64,000 nucleotides of DNA, from contig CBDCJO010000002.1 in assembly GCA_965217865.1 (NCBI GenBank), positions 4,288,001-4,352,000 of the forward strand, given 5' to 3'. The notes beneath the pieces were generated by a model that had not been told where the DNA came from, ran no database searches, and worked only from the letters and a program-made list of their open reading frames with translations. Positions 39,381 to 49,894 of this stretch are shown here, piece after piece. Position numbers and translations under genes: made by a program. Within the stretch, counting starts at the first letter, position 1. Each line of letters starts with the position of its first letter. This DNA comes from Candidatus Latescibacterota bacterium. Lineage in GTDB: Bacteria; Latescibacterota; UBA2968; SICM01.

Positions 39381-41765
39381 ATGCCCGAATCCGCAAAACA
39401 GATATCCAGCACACCGCTCCTGACCCGGGCGGAGATGGCCAGAGGTCTTCGGCTCTGGCTGTATAAGACATCCGCCTGGGGGGTCTACGACCGGGTGGGT
39501 ATGTTGACCGGCCCGATCTTCGTGGGATTCGCGCTATATCTGGGTGCGACAGATGCCCAGATCGGGATGATGGCCTCGGTATTCAGCGGAGTGGGACTCA
39601 TCCAGGTCCTCCTGGTTCTGTTCGTCAGCCGGGTCCGCAAAAAAAAGCGGTTCGTGATTCTGGTCGGCCTTGTCGAGGTCCTCGTGATGCCCTCCATCGT
39701 GTTTATTCCCCTCCTTCTTTCCCGGGGATGGTGGATCCCGGCGGTCTTCGTCTGTCTTGTGGTCGCCTCGGTCTCGGTCAGCACCATGTTGCCGCTCTAT
39801 AACAGCTGGCTCGCGTCTCTCCTTCCCTCGACCTCCCGCGCGCGCTACCTCAGCCGGTTCACGATCGTAAACACTCTTACGGCCATCGTGGGGGGCTATG
39901 CCCTGGGTCGATTCATCGATCTGTTCGAAGAGGCCGAACGATACCAGGGATTCTTCGTTGTTTTCCTGATCGGATTGTTGGCAGGGGTCGTCGGATACGT
40001 TATCCTCACCCGCTGTCCCTATCCGAGGGCCGACGTGACCGATAAAGAGATCAACCCCGGGCGGCACCTCTTCACCGTTCCGCTTCGAAATTCCGTATTC
40101 ATGCGCTTTCTGGTCTGCCGCTTGTCGTGGGTATTCGCGATCAGTATCGCCCAGCCGTTCTATTCCGTGTTCATGATCAAGACTTTGCAAATCAGCTACT
40201 CGACGATCGCCATTTTTACCAATCTGTCCCTGGTCATGCAGGTTGTCGGATACAGGGTCTGGTCCGGCCTCGTGGACAGGTATGGGAGCAAACCGATTCT
40301 CCAGCTTCTAACAGTCCCCTTTGCCTTCATCCCCCTCCTCTGGGTTTTCAACCGGAGCGATTCCTACTATCTCATACCTTTCATCATGTTGGCCGGGGGT
40401 ACCTTGATATCCGGGATCCAGATGGCAGCGGGTTCGATGTTTTACGATCTTATCCCCACGGGGTCGGAACAGCCGGTCTACTTCGCCTTTCGGGCTACGG
40501 TGATGCGGCTGGTGATGGCCGTTGCGCCTCTTTTGGGTGGTTCGCTCGTGGCTTTATTTCAGGACTTTCGGATCGAGATCGCGGGATTTCCGGTAGGGAA
40601 CCTGCAAGTCGTTTTCGTTCTGAGTGGAGTCCTTATCGTCGTGCCGATCCTGCTGCTCCGCGGGGTAACCGAAACGAGGTCCAAGGACCCCGGTGTGCTG
40701 GTCGACGATCTGCGTCAGGGTAATTTTTTGAGATTCGCTTACAGCCAGTTCCGGCTCTCCCGTGCCAAGGAAGAGGGGCAGCGGGGAAGGGCCATGCGAT
40801 CTATGGGACGGTCCAGGAGCCCGATGGCCCTCGAGCAGTTGACCGGGGCTCTGGATGATGTGAGCCCCTTCGTCCGATCGCAGGCGGCCGCGGCCTTGGG
40901 AGAAGTTGGCGACCCGCGAGCCCTCGACTCCCTGCTGGAAGAGCTCTCGGACCGGGATTCAGACATCCGGCCGCAAGTTGTAGAGGCGCTCGGCAAACTG
41001 GGGCACCCCCGGGGTCTGGATCCGTTGATCGAATCCCTGCACGACGCGGATCCCCGTGTTCGGATCAGCGCGATACGTGCCCTGTCCGCGATGGGAGGCG
41101 ATGAGGCCCGGGAACTTTTGTTCTGGTCTTTTTGTGATCCGTTCGACCGTTCGACTTTTCCCACCCTTGTTGAGGTCTTGAGTGACCCCGGGGATACGCG
41201 AATCGTCAAACCGACTCTGGACAAGATTTCTGAGTACCGTTCCCCCGTAATCCGGCTACAACTTCTGAACGGGGCTTGCCGCGCCATGGGGGCGGGTAAC
41301 TTGTTCTATCGCATGCTCTCCCTTGACGATTACGAGCGAGCGGACAGGATCGGGGGGCTCGTTGAACGAGCCAGGACTTCTCTGGCATCCTCCCGGTTTT
41401 TGAGCTCGAAGGCCAGGGGCGAAGTTACCCAGAAGATTCGAGATGCCATTCTCGCCTACGAGGGTGAGGATCAACCGGGGATGGGAAAGGCCCTGAGGGC
41501 CGGGATAGACCTCCTCAGCGCAGATCTCGCGGCGTCGGACGGCCGGCGCAGGTTGAATCCGGAAGCCCTTGAACGGACCCAGGTGGGAACCATCGCGATT
41601 CGGACTTTCTTGGATCGTGATCTGGGTTCGGGCCTTGTTGCGGCTTCTGAGATCTTTCCTGTGGTCTGTCTTTACAGAATCGCCCAGATCCTAAAAAGGG
41701 GACGGATCCAGGAGTGGCATCCTTTATTCAGATGGATTTTTAAATACGCGAAGCATGACGCGTGA
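39381..41765 (+). CDS. MFS transporter fused to C-terminal HEAT repeats
   Basis: About 12 hydrophobic segments, LVDRYGSKP; HEAT repeats VRSQAAAALGEVGDPRA, IRPQVVEALGKLG, VRISAIRAL. Confidence 0.85.
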   Translation: MPESAKQISSTPLLTRAEMARGLRLWLYKTSAWGVYDRVGMLTGPIFVGFALYLGATDAQIGMMASVFSGVGLIQVLLVLFVSRVRKKKRFVILVGLVEVLVMPSIVFIPLLLSRGWWIPAVFVCLVVASVSVSTMLPLYNSWLASLLPSTSRARYLSRFTIVNTLTAIVGGYALGRFIDLFEEAERYQGFFVVFLIGLLAGVVGYVILTRCPYPRADVTDKEINPGRHLFTVPLRNSVFMRFLVCRLSWVFAISIAQPFYSVFMIKTLQISYSTIAIFTNLSLVMQVVGYRVWSGLVDRYGSKPILQLLTVPFAFIPLLWVFNRSDSYYLIPFIMLAGGTLISGIQMAAGSMFYDLIPTGSEQPVYFAFRATVMRLVMAVAPLLGGSLVALFQDFRIEIAGFPVGNLQVVFVLSGVLIVVPILLLRGVTETRSKDPGVLVDDLRQGNFLRFAYSQFRLSRAKEEGQRGRAMRSMGRSRSPMALEQLTGALDDVSPFVRSQAAAALGEVGDPRALDSLLEELSDRDSDIRPQVVEALGKLGHPRGLDPLIESLHDADPRVRISAIRALSAMGGDEARELLFWSFCDPFDRSTFPTLVEVLSDPGDTRIVKPTLDKISEYRSPVIRLQLLNGACRAMGAGNLFYRMLSLDDYERADRIGGLVERARTSLASSRFLSSKARGEVTQKIRDAILAYEGEDQPGMGKALRAGIDLLSADLAASDGRRRLNPEALERTQVGTIAIRTFLDRDLGSGLVAASEIFPVVCLYRIAQILKRGRIQEWHPLFRWIFKYAKHDA

Positions 41766-43188
41766 AACGCGCTCTTTCCGAGAGGTAGCCGGAGAGGTTT
41801 TCTCAACCCCCGTTGTCGGATCCGCGGAGCTGGTTGTGGACTTTTCGGGGCGGGACTATGAACTGATCCTCTATGCCCTGAAGACCGAGGAGGACACATC
41901 TAAAACATTCGCGTTTTCGGTCACTCCACCCGGGGCTGCGAAGATCGCATTCTCCCGAGCTTTCGTCCCGCTGAGCGCGGATGGCCGGGATCAAGCCGAA
42001 TGGAAATTGCGGGTCGAAGAGCAGCGGATTGCGGAAATGCTTCGCATGAATCCGTTAACCGCGCCAAAGCCGAGTGCAGCTCAGCTTCCGTCAATCGGGA
42101 GCCAGAGGCAGTTCGTCTTCGGAAAGTTTGGCGGGGTCGAGAAGGATGTCACTGTCACGGCCACCCTCGTCGCTTCCAGCAGCAAGGCCCTGGCCTATAT
42201 GGACACAGGGAACCAGACCGCGCTGGAGGAAACCCCGGTGACGACCGAGCAGATCCAGGCCATGGTGGATGAATTCTCCGGGACCACCTATCCCCAGGTC
42301 ACTTCCGTCTTCGGGTCCGAATCGGACGTGGACGGAGACGGGAGCGTCCTGTTTCTATTCACGCCCCTTGTCAATCAGGTTGGGGGTGTCGCCGGGTTCT
42401 ACTCGTCGTCGTCCGCCATACCCGAGAACAATGGGGGCAACGGCAATTTGAGCGACATGATGTACATCTCCCCGGACCAAGGGTTGAACTTCTACCGTTC
42501 GCTCCTGGCGCACGAGTTCCAGCATCTGATCAGTTTTAACCAGCACGTCCTCCTCCGTCCGGGCGGGGATTCCGAGGCATCCTGGTTGAACGAAGGCATG
42601 TCCCACGTGACCGAGGATCTGGTCGGGGAACACACGGCAGGGGGGAACGCCGACCTGGTCGAGACCTATCTGGCCCATCCCGAGCGATTTTCCCTGACGG
42701 GAGATGCCCTCCTGAACCATGGCATCCGCGGTGCAGCCTATCTGTTTCTCCGTGGGCTGGTCGAAGTGAACGGTCAGGGGGTCCTGACCGACCTGAGCCA
42801 GACGGATCAGATCGGTACTGCGAACGTTGAGGCCGCGACAGGCCAGACGTTTGCCGATCTCTACCAACAGTGGGTGTCACGGCTTTTTCTGAGCGGGACG
42901 AAGCTCAACGCGGATCCGGCCCTGAACTATACGTTCTCGTTTTTCACGGAGACGACGACGGGCTTGAGGGCGATCCGTCCACCTCGAGAAGATGCCCTGA
43001 TGCCGGGGGGGACTCCCCTTTCCGGATCGCTTCGGCAGACCGGCGCGACCTTTATTCGATTGACAGGTTCCGGGGCTTCTTCGAGGTTTCAGATCTCTGC
43101 CGATTCCGAGGGGGATGTCCACGCACTCGTGGTCCCCGTCCCCAAGGCCTTTCGGCCGCAGCTCGTGGCCCCTTGTCGATTTCTTTGA
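41755..43188 (+). CDS. Zn-metallopeptidase domain (M30/hyicolysin-like); probably N-part of one gene with 43115-46078
   Basis: LAHEFQHLI, WLNEGMSH, DVDGDG. Confidence 0.75.
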   Translation: MTRETRSFREVAGEVFSTPVVGSAELVVDFSGRDYELILYALKTEEDTSKTFAFSVTPPGAAKIAFSRAFVPLSADGRDQAEWKLRVEEQRIAEMLRMNPLTAPKPSAAQLPSIGSQRQFVFGKFGGVEKDVTVTATLVASSSKALAYMDTGNQTALEETPVTTEQIQAMVDEFSGTTYPQVTSVFGSESDVDGDGSVLFLFTPLVNQVGGVAGFYSSSSAIPENNGGNGNLSDMMYISPDQGLNFYRSLLAHEFQHLISFNQHVLLRPGGDSEASWLNEGMSHVTEDLVGEHTAGGNADLVETYLAHPERFSLTGDALLNHGIRGAAYLFLRGLVEVNGQGVLTDLSQTDQIGTANVEAATGQTFADLYQQWVSRLFLSGTKLNADPALNYTFSFFTETTTGLRAIRPPREDALMPGGTPLSGSLRQTGATFIRLTGSGASSRFQISADSEGDVHALVVPVPKAFRPQLVAPCRFL

Positions 43189-46078
43189 ATCGCTCGTACT
43201 CGACGAACCGTTATCCTCAAATCAGACGGTCGGAGCCGGGTTCACGATCTCCGGCGAGGTTACGGATCCATCCGTCTCCAGGCTTCTCCTGAGCTTCGCA
43301 CGTACCGATGGCGCAGACACACTCAAGCTTGAGGCGGAAGTCGCCGGGGGTCGATTTTCCCGTCCGGTTGTGTTCGCCCCTTCGCAATCGGGGACCTATG
43401 TGCTGTCCCCATTCCTGTTTCGAGAGGGTCCGTTGTTCGATGGGACAAACGCCTTCGGTCCCATCGTCCTGGGACCGAACCCCACAGGTGAAGTGGTTCT
43501 ACCGGCAGATTTTTTCGCGGGCTTGAAATTCGACAATCCGCTCTCCGCCAGGCAGGTCTCGGGAGAAGGTTTTACGATATCGGGGGTGGCGGAGGATCCT
43601 TCGATTCAGGAGGTGCTTTTCAGGTTTGTCCGAGTCGGTTCTTCCGACACTCTCCGATTCACCGCCACGATCGAATCGGGGCGTTTCCGGAGGCCGATCA
43701 TATTTACCCCGACGCAGGCCGCGACCTATCAACTCGAGGTCTTCGGACTGAGGAGCGGAGCTTCGTTTGACATTATCGACGAGTTCTCCGAGTTCGTTGT
43801 GGAGAGGGGATTGACAGACGACATTATTCTTCCCCCCGATTTTTTCGCGAGTTTGAAACTCGACAACCCGCTCTCGGCCAGGCAGGTCTCGGGAGAAGGT
43901 TTTACGATATCGGGGGTGGCGGAGGATCCTTCGATTCAGGAGGTGCTGTTCAGGTTTGTCCGAGTCGGTCCAGCCGACACACTCAAATTCTTCGCCACGA
44001 TCGAATCGGGGCGTTTCCGGAGGCCGATCATATTTACCCCGACGCAGGCCGCGACCTACCAACTCGAAGTCTTCGGACTGAGGAGCGGACCGTTATTCGA
44101 TTTTATCGACGGGTTCCCCGAGTTCGTTGTGGAGAGGGGATTGACAGACGACCTTATCCTTCCCCCCGATTTTTTCAAGGGGATCACCTTCGATGCCCCA
44201 TTTCCGGCCACGATCACAGCGGGATTGGGTCTCAGGCTCTCGGGCAACGTATCAGACGGGGCGGCCACCGAGATGCTGATTCAGTTTGCCCCGGTGCAGG
44301 GATCGCCGATCCAGTTCGTGCTGGACATTGATAACGGGGGCTTCATTCAAGACATCGTTTTCGCCCCTGATCAGGCGGGAACTTATACAGCCAATTTTTT
44401 CCTAAGCTCAGGACAATCTTTCACCTTCGTCGATGGGTTTGAGCCCGTGACTATACAGGTCGTACCTGGTGTAAAAGTCTCAATTCCCGTCGGATTTTTC
44501 TCTGGCCTGACCCTGGATGCGCCTTTCCAGGCCGATCAGTTCGTGGGGAGGAGCGCTCCCTTTTCCGGATCGGTTGCGGACCCTGCCAACACACAACTGG
44601 CCGTCCAGTTCCAGTCCCTAGACGGGGGGGAGGACATTCCGACCGTCTTTTTCGATGTCACCAACAGCATCTTCAGCCAGGATCTTTCTTTCTCGCAGGC
44701 CGGCAAATTTCAAATGGTGGTGTTTGCGGGGGTGAAGGGCGAGCAGATCTCCTCCATCGGCAATTTCGACGGGATCCAGGTCCGCACGGGTCAACCCGAT
44801 CTCGCGCTCACGGCCATCAGGCTGGACTTCGGGGAGGTTCCGGCCGGGGGTTCTGCTGAAAGATCCCTCACGATTCACAATCGCGGAACCCAGACGCTGT
44901 CCGTCACCGATGTGGTGGCCTCCTCCTCCCTCCTGACCGTTTCCCCACGCACAGCATCCATCGCAGCGGGTGACAGCTCCGGATTCCTGGTGGTTTTCCA
45001 GCCGACCGAAGAAGGGGATCTCTCCGCTACCCTGACCGTGATGAGCAACGATCCGGACGAAGGGAGTCTGTCCGTGTCTGCCGTTGCAAGGGCCACAGCG
45101 CGGATCGCTTCCCCTCCAACTCTCGTTGTCTCCCCGGTTCAGCTCGTCTTCGGAGAAGTCGAGGTTGGAACCTCATCCGATCAGGTGGCGATCCTTCGTA
45201 ACACCGGTGACGATACGTTAATAGTAACCGGCATTCAGTTCAGCGGTCCCTTCGAAGCCTTCTTCCCCGCGATTTTTCCACTTTTCCAAATGGCTTCCGG
45301 TGAGAGTGTTTCTGTCCTGGTGACGTTCACGCCTACCGCCCCGGGGGAGGCAACCGGGGTTATGACAGTGTCGAACAACGATCCAGACCGGAGTGAACTC
45401 GGGGTATCGCTTAGCGGGACAGGTGTTGCGGTTTCTGAGCCTCCGGTTTCCCTGACCCCAAAGGACGGAGATGGGACTGCGAGCCTGGGCATCGAGGACC
45501 TTGAGACGAAGTCGCTGGGTGAAGTGAAACCCGGACAGGAGATCGACATTTCGATTGCGTTCAACCAGGAAGTGGAAGCGTCCACGGGGTTTGGTGTGGT
45601 TCTGACGTTTGATCCTGAAAAGCTTTCCGTGGATTCCGGTGTGGGAGATGGCGTTTTTGCCGCGGCTATCACACTTCCCCCTCAGGTCGAAGACAGCACC
45701 GTTGAGTTCGGCGGTTCATTTTTGGGCCAATCCACGACCGCGGCAGGGCCCGTGGCCGTGTTGACCTTCGTGGCGGTCGAGGGCTTTTCCGGGGAGACGG
45801 AGATCGAGTTAACGGAACTGTCGATCAAGTTCTCCGGGGGGAGCAGCGACTTTACACCGGGTGCGTCAGTGGTGCTCAGCAGCGAGGTTTTGGGCGGAGG
45901 TGAACCGTCGGCGGACTTTACCGGAGATGGAAAGGTAGACTTCGATGACTTCTTCGAGTTTGCCGCTGCGTTCGGACAATCGGCGACCGGGGCGTTCTCC
46001 AGGTTCGACCTGGACGGGGCGGGAGAGACGATCGATTTCAACGACTTCTTTGTGTTTGCAGCGGCGTTTGGAAAATGA
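43115..46078 (+). CDS. Surface protein: repeated PxDFF beta domains, two ASH/Ig-like domains, cohesin-like domain, dockerin/EF-hand C-terminus
   Basis: LDFGEV...SNDPDE twice; LTFDPEKL; DFTGDGKVDFDDFFEFAAAFG / DLDG...IDFNDFFVFAAAFGK. Confidence 0.8.
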   Translation: MSTHSWSPSPRPFGRSSWPLVDFFESLVLDEPLSSNQTVGAGFTISGEVTDPSVSRLLLSFARTDGADTLKLEAEVAGGRFSRPVVFAPSQSGTYVLSPFLFREGPLFDGTNAFGPIVLGPNPTGEVVLPADFFAGLKFDNPLSARQVSGEGFTISGVAEDPSIQEVLFRFVRVGSSDTLRFTATIESGRFRRPIIFTPTQAATYQLEVFGLRSGASFDIIDEFSEFVVERGLTDDIILPPDFFASLKLDNPLSARQVSGEGFTISGVAEDPSIQEVLFRFVRVGPADTLKFFATIESGRFRRPIIFTPTQAATYQLEVFGLRSGPLFDFIDGFPEFVVERGLTDDLILPPDFFKGITFDAPFPATITAGLGLRLSGNVSDGAATEMLIQFAPVQGSPIQFVLDIDNGGFIQDIVFAPDQAGTYTANFFLSSGQSFTFVDGFEPVTIQVVPGVKVSIPVGFFSGLTLDAPFQADQFVGRSAPFSGSVADPANTQLAVQFQSLDGGEDIPTVFFDVTNSIFSQDLSFSQAGKFQMVVFAGVKGEQISSIGNFDGIQVRTGQPDLALTAIRLDFGEVPAGGSAERSLTIHNRGTQTLSVTDVVASSSLLTVSPRTASIAAGDSSGFLVVFQPTEEGDLSATLTVMSNDPDEGSLSVSAVARATARIASPPTLVVSPVQLVFGEVEVGTSSDQVAILRNTGDDTLIVTGIQFSGPFEAFFPAIFPLFQMASGESVSVLVTFTPTAPGEATGVMTVSNNDPDRSELGVSLSGTGVAVSEPPVSLTPKDGDGTASLGIEDLETKSLGEVKPGQEIDISIAFNQEVEASTGFGVVLTFDPEKLSVDSGVGDGVFAAAITLPPQVEDSTVEFGGSFLGQSTTAAGPVAVLTFVAVEGFSGETEIELTELSIKFSGGSSDFTPGASVVLSSEVLGGGEPSADFTGDGKVDFDDFFEFAAAFGQSATGAFSRFDLDGAGETIDFNDFFVFAAAFGK
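43508..44175 (+). repeat. 330-bp intragenic tandem duplication (110 aa)
   Basis: GGGAGAAGGT... at 43561 and 43891; the two units are nearly identical. Confidence 0.9.
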
Positions 46079-46104
46079 CGAGAACGGAAAATGGAAAGTG
46101 CTAA

Positions 46105-47121
46105 GTGGATATTGGAAAATTCTCTCGAGCCCTCATCATCCGATCCGGCTCCCTCGGGGACTTCATCCTGACCCTTCCGGCGATTCATGCCTTGCGGGAG
46201 GCCTGTCCGGGGGCGCACATCGAGATCATCGGAAGGCCTTCGGTGATCGAGATCGCTCACAAGCGTCACTATGCTGACGAGATCCGATCAATGGACCGGT
46301 CGGACTTCGCTCCGCTGTTTGCCCAGGACGGCGAACCCTCTCGAAAGGTTTCCGCCTATCTGGCCGGTTTCGATATGCTCCTTTCTTATCTCCCGGACGG
46401 AGATCGGGTGTTTCAGCGCTCCCTTCAACGGATCGGGATTCAGCGCCTCCTCTGGGGAGATGCGGATCCGGGAGCGAAGAATGGTCGGCACGTTGTCGAT
46501 ATTTTATCAGAGCCGGTATCGAACGCCGGAATCGCGATTCGGGATCGTACCCCTCGGTTGTACACGAATAACGACGACCGTCGAGAGGCGGAAAGTTTCC
46601 TTGTGGGGAACGGTATCGGGACTTCGGACCCATTCTTCGTCGTCCACCCCGGCAGCGGAGGGTTAAGAAAATGTTGGTCCCCCCATCGGTTTGCTCAAAC
46701 CGCAGACGAGTTGGCTCGGGATACCGGCTCGAAAGTCGTTATCCCGACCGGTCCAGCGGATGATGATGCAACAGAGCGGATGGTTTCGGCCATGGAGACG
46801 AAACCCGTTGTCGCCGCGGGTCTATCGCTTCCGGTTCTGTCCGGATTGCTCGGACGCTGTCGTGTCTACATCGGGAACGACTCCGGGGTCTCACACCTGG
46901 CAGCGGCTTCTGGGGCGCCCGTGGTCGCGTTGTTCGGACCGACCGATCCCCGGGTCTGGGGGCCGAGGGGGATCTGTGTCCGGATCGTTCAGGGGGATCC
47001 AGATCTTCTTCCGGAAAGGAGGCTGATGGGGATCCGGACGGAAGAGGTCGTTCGGGCCGTATTGGAAGTTTGGAAATCCACTGAAAATGAGGATGCGATC
47101 CAACATGGATCAAGATCATAA
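46105..47121 (+). CDS. Glycosyltransferase family 9 (heptosyltransferase-like)
   Basis: GSLGDFIL, HPGSGG, GNDSGVSHLAAA, LFGPTDP. Confidence 0.92.
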   Translation: MDIGKFSRALIIRSGSLGDFILTLPAIHALREACPGAHIEIIGRPSVIEIAHKRHYADEIRSMDRSDFAPLFAQDGEPSRKVSAYLAGFDMLLSYLPDGDRVFQRSLQRIGIQRLLWGDADPGAKNGRHVVDILSEPVSNAGIAIRDRTPRLYTNNDDRREAESFLVGNGIGTSDPFFVVHPGSGGLRKCWSPHRFAQTADELARDTGSKVVIPTGPADDDATERMVSAMETKPVVAAGLSLPVLSGLLGRCRVYIGNDSGVSHLAAASGAPVVALFGPTDPRVWGPRGICVRIVQGDPDLLPERRLMGIRTEEVVRAVLEVWKSTENEDAIQHGSRS

Positions 47122-47443
47122 GGGTCATCTTCGTCACATCTCAGATGCCATCCAACAGATCGAAGAATATTTAAAGGATGCATCCCTGGATCAGTTTTTG
47201 CGCGACCGACTTCTCCAGGACGGTGTCGTCCGCCAGTTGGAAATCATGGATGAAGCCAGTCGAAAACTTCCGGATGACTTTCGCAATCATCATTCCGAAG
47301 TTTCCTGGAGTTTGATTATCGGTGTTAAAGATAGAATCGTTCACGAATACTTCGACCTGAACCTGCGGGTTGTGTGGGAGTTTGTGCAGAACCATCTTCC
47401 GTCTCTGAAGCAGAATGTGGCGCGCATCTCTGAATCTTCATAA
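47105..47443 (+). CDS. HEPN/DUF86 (HepT-like) protein, no adjacent MNT
   Basis: LQDGVVRQLEI, KDRIVHEYF, VVWE. Confidence 0.85.
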   Translation: MDQDHKGHLRHISDAIQQIEEYLKDASLDQFLRDRLLQDGVVRQLEIMDEASRKLPDDFRNHHSEVSWSLIIGVKDRIVHEYFDLNLRVVWEFVQNHLPSLKQNVARISESS

Positions 47444-47448
47444 TAGGA

Positions 47449-48363
47449 TTGGAAACTACCGTGGGAAACCTGGGCTTGGACGAAATTCGCGCAAGGATTA
47501 AAGGGCCCGTCTGTTCTTTTGCGACGCCGTTTACCCGAAAAGGTGACATCGATGAAGAGGCGGCACGCCGGATCGTCGATCGCGCGATTTCAGGCGGGTC
47601 GGACATCGTGCTGCTAACCCTGGGGGACAGCCTTTTCACCATCCTGTCGGATGATGAGATCTTCCGGCTCACCAAGCTTGTGGTGGAACACGTCGCCGGT
47701 CGTGCGCTGGTCGTGGCTGCTGACAATATGTGGTGGACGGGGAAGCTTCTGGAATTTGCGGGTTATTGCCGTGAGCTTGGTGTAGATATCCTGATGATCC
47801 GCCCCCCGGACTGGGGAAAACCCACACCGGAGAGCCTTGCCGCACACTACGCCGCAGCCGCGGAGGTGATGCCTGTCATGCTCGTAGGGATGCCGCCGAT
47901 TAAAACCCTCGAAATTCTTGCGAACAGCAGTCCGGGGGTGGTCGCGTTCAAGGAGGACATGGATCTCCCTTACTCCTCTCGGGTCTCCAGGACGTACGGG
48001 GACCGATGGCCGATGATCGGTGGGGGGAGTAAGGAACGGCACTTGATGCTCTGGCCGGCAGGGGTGAAGGCGAATTTCTCCTTATTTATCCTGTGGGCGC
48101 CGGAAGTGACGCAAACCTACTGGAAGGCCCTGGATCAGGAGGACTTGAAGGAGGCCAACCGAATCGTCGACACGTACGAGGCCCCGTTCTTCCGGATGGG
48201 GGGGACGTTTCCCGGCGGATTGGACGGCCAAATTCACTGCGCGAATGAGCTGTTTGGTGCTTCAGAGAGATGGCGCAGGCCTCCTTACATCAGTGCGGAG
48301 GGCGAGGCCTTCGAGAATTTGCGGGGATTCTTTCAAGACCTGGGTCTGCTGAAAGGGAAATGA
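47449..48363 (+). CDS. DapA/NanA-like class I aldolase family
   Basis: ATPFTRKGDID, VVAFKED Schiff-base Lys. Confidence 0.8.
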   Translation: METTVGNLGLDEIRARIKGPVCSFATPFTRKGDIDEEAARRIVDRAISGGSDIVLLTLGDSLFTILSDDEIFRLTKLVVEHVAGRALVVAADNMWWTGKLLEFAGYCRELGVDILMIRPPDWGKPTPESLAAHYAAAAEVMPVMLVGMPPIKTLEILANSSPGVVAFKEDMDLPYSSRVSRTYGDRWPMIGGGSKERHLMLWPAGVKANFSLFILWAPEVTQTYWKALDQEDLKEANRIVDTYEAPFFRMGGTFPGGLDGQIHCANELFGASERWRRPPYISAEGEAFENLRGFFQDLGLLKGK

Positions 48364-48463
48364 GAAGGGCCGGTGCCGAGAGTGCCGATTTATTGAACCG
48401 GTGAAGGGGAGCGGTAAATAGATTGCCGCTCCCTTTCTCCGGTTCTTTTATTCAGAGGCGTTC

Positions 48464-49866
48464 GTGTTTTTATTCCGAAGAGAATCGTGGACCCGGGAGG
48501 GGGGATACCGGGAGGTGCTCAAGATCGCCCTGCCCATGGTCATTGGGACTGGGTCGTGGAGTTTTCAGCAATTCATCGAGCGGGTGTTCCTCACATGGCA
48601 TTCTCCCGAGGCTGTCGCGGCGGCCATGCCCTCGGCTTTGGTCAGTTTTATGTTTATAAGCCTGTTTCTGGGCACAGTAACCTACGCCAATACCTTCGTA
48701 GCGCAGTACAAGGGGGCATCCCAGGAACACCGTGTCGGGGCTTCAGTCTGGCAGGCGATCCATTTGTCGATTTTCGCGGGAATCCTGATGATTTGTCTGA
48801 TTCCCCTTGGAGAAACGATATTTGAATTTGCCGGACACGACCCCGGCGTCCGGCGAATGGAGGTCGTATATTTCCAGATTCTCTGCATCGGTGCGGCCCC
48901 CACGCTCGTCAGTTCCGCCGCTTCGACTCTATTCACCGGCCTAGGGAGGACCAAAGTCGTGATGTGGGTCAATCTCTTCTTCGCGGGCGTGTTCAACACC
49001 ATTCTGAGCTGGGCGTGGATATTTGGGAAATGGGGTCTCCCGGAATGGGGAATCCGGGGCGCAGGATGGGCGACGGTCTCATCCCACGTCGCCTCTTCGG
49101 TCGTATTTCTTGCCCTGATGTCAATGCCGCATTACAGGAAGACCTACCATACCTTGAAGGCGTGGCGCCCAGACCCAGCACTTTTCCGCCGCCTGTTGCG
49201 TTTCGGACTCCCGAGCGGGGTGCAGTTCAGTCTGGACATCGGGGCCTTTTCGATTTTCCTCCTGATGGTCGGTCGGTTCGGGACCGCCTCCCTGGCCGCG
49301 ACGAATATCGCGTTCAACATCAGTGCCCTCTCCTTTATGCCGATGCTTGGCCTGGCATCGCCATCTCCACACTGGTCGGTCAGCGCCTGGGACAGAACCA
49401 GCCGGACGTGGCGGAGAGGAGCGCGATATCGGGAGTCCGCGTGGCCTATTTCTACATGGGAAGCCTCGCCGCAGCTTATGTGACGCTTCCGGATCTTTTT
49501 CTCTTTCCATTCGCAATGGGTGCAGATCCGGAGGCCTTTGAAAGCGTTCGCGAACTTACTGTTATCCTACTCCGGTTCGTCGCGATCTACTGCCTGTTCG
49601 ATGCGATGTTCCTGACCTACGCATCCGCGATCAAGGGGGCAGGCGATACCCGGTTCGTCCTGATCGTCACCCTGGCCCTCGGATGGGGAGTCATGGCGAT
49701 ACCATCCTATGCGGCGTGGCAGTTGGGTTTCGGGTTGTATGCGATCTGGGGGGCCTTGACTGTCTATATCGTGGCGGCCGGAACGGTCTGTATGTTAAGA
49801 TTCCGGGGGGGGAAATGGAAGTCGATGCGCGTGATCGAGGAGGTGCCGATGGAAATGTCAAAGTGA
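48464..49866 (+). pseudogene. MATE efflux transporter with frameshift near 49355
   Basis: WGIRGAGWAT, RFGLPSG, then IAISTLVGQRLG, KGAGDTRF in another frame. Confidence 0.85.
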
Positions 49867-49894
49867 AAAATAGAAGATGGAAATTGCAAAGTCA

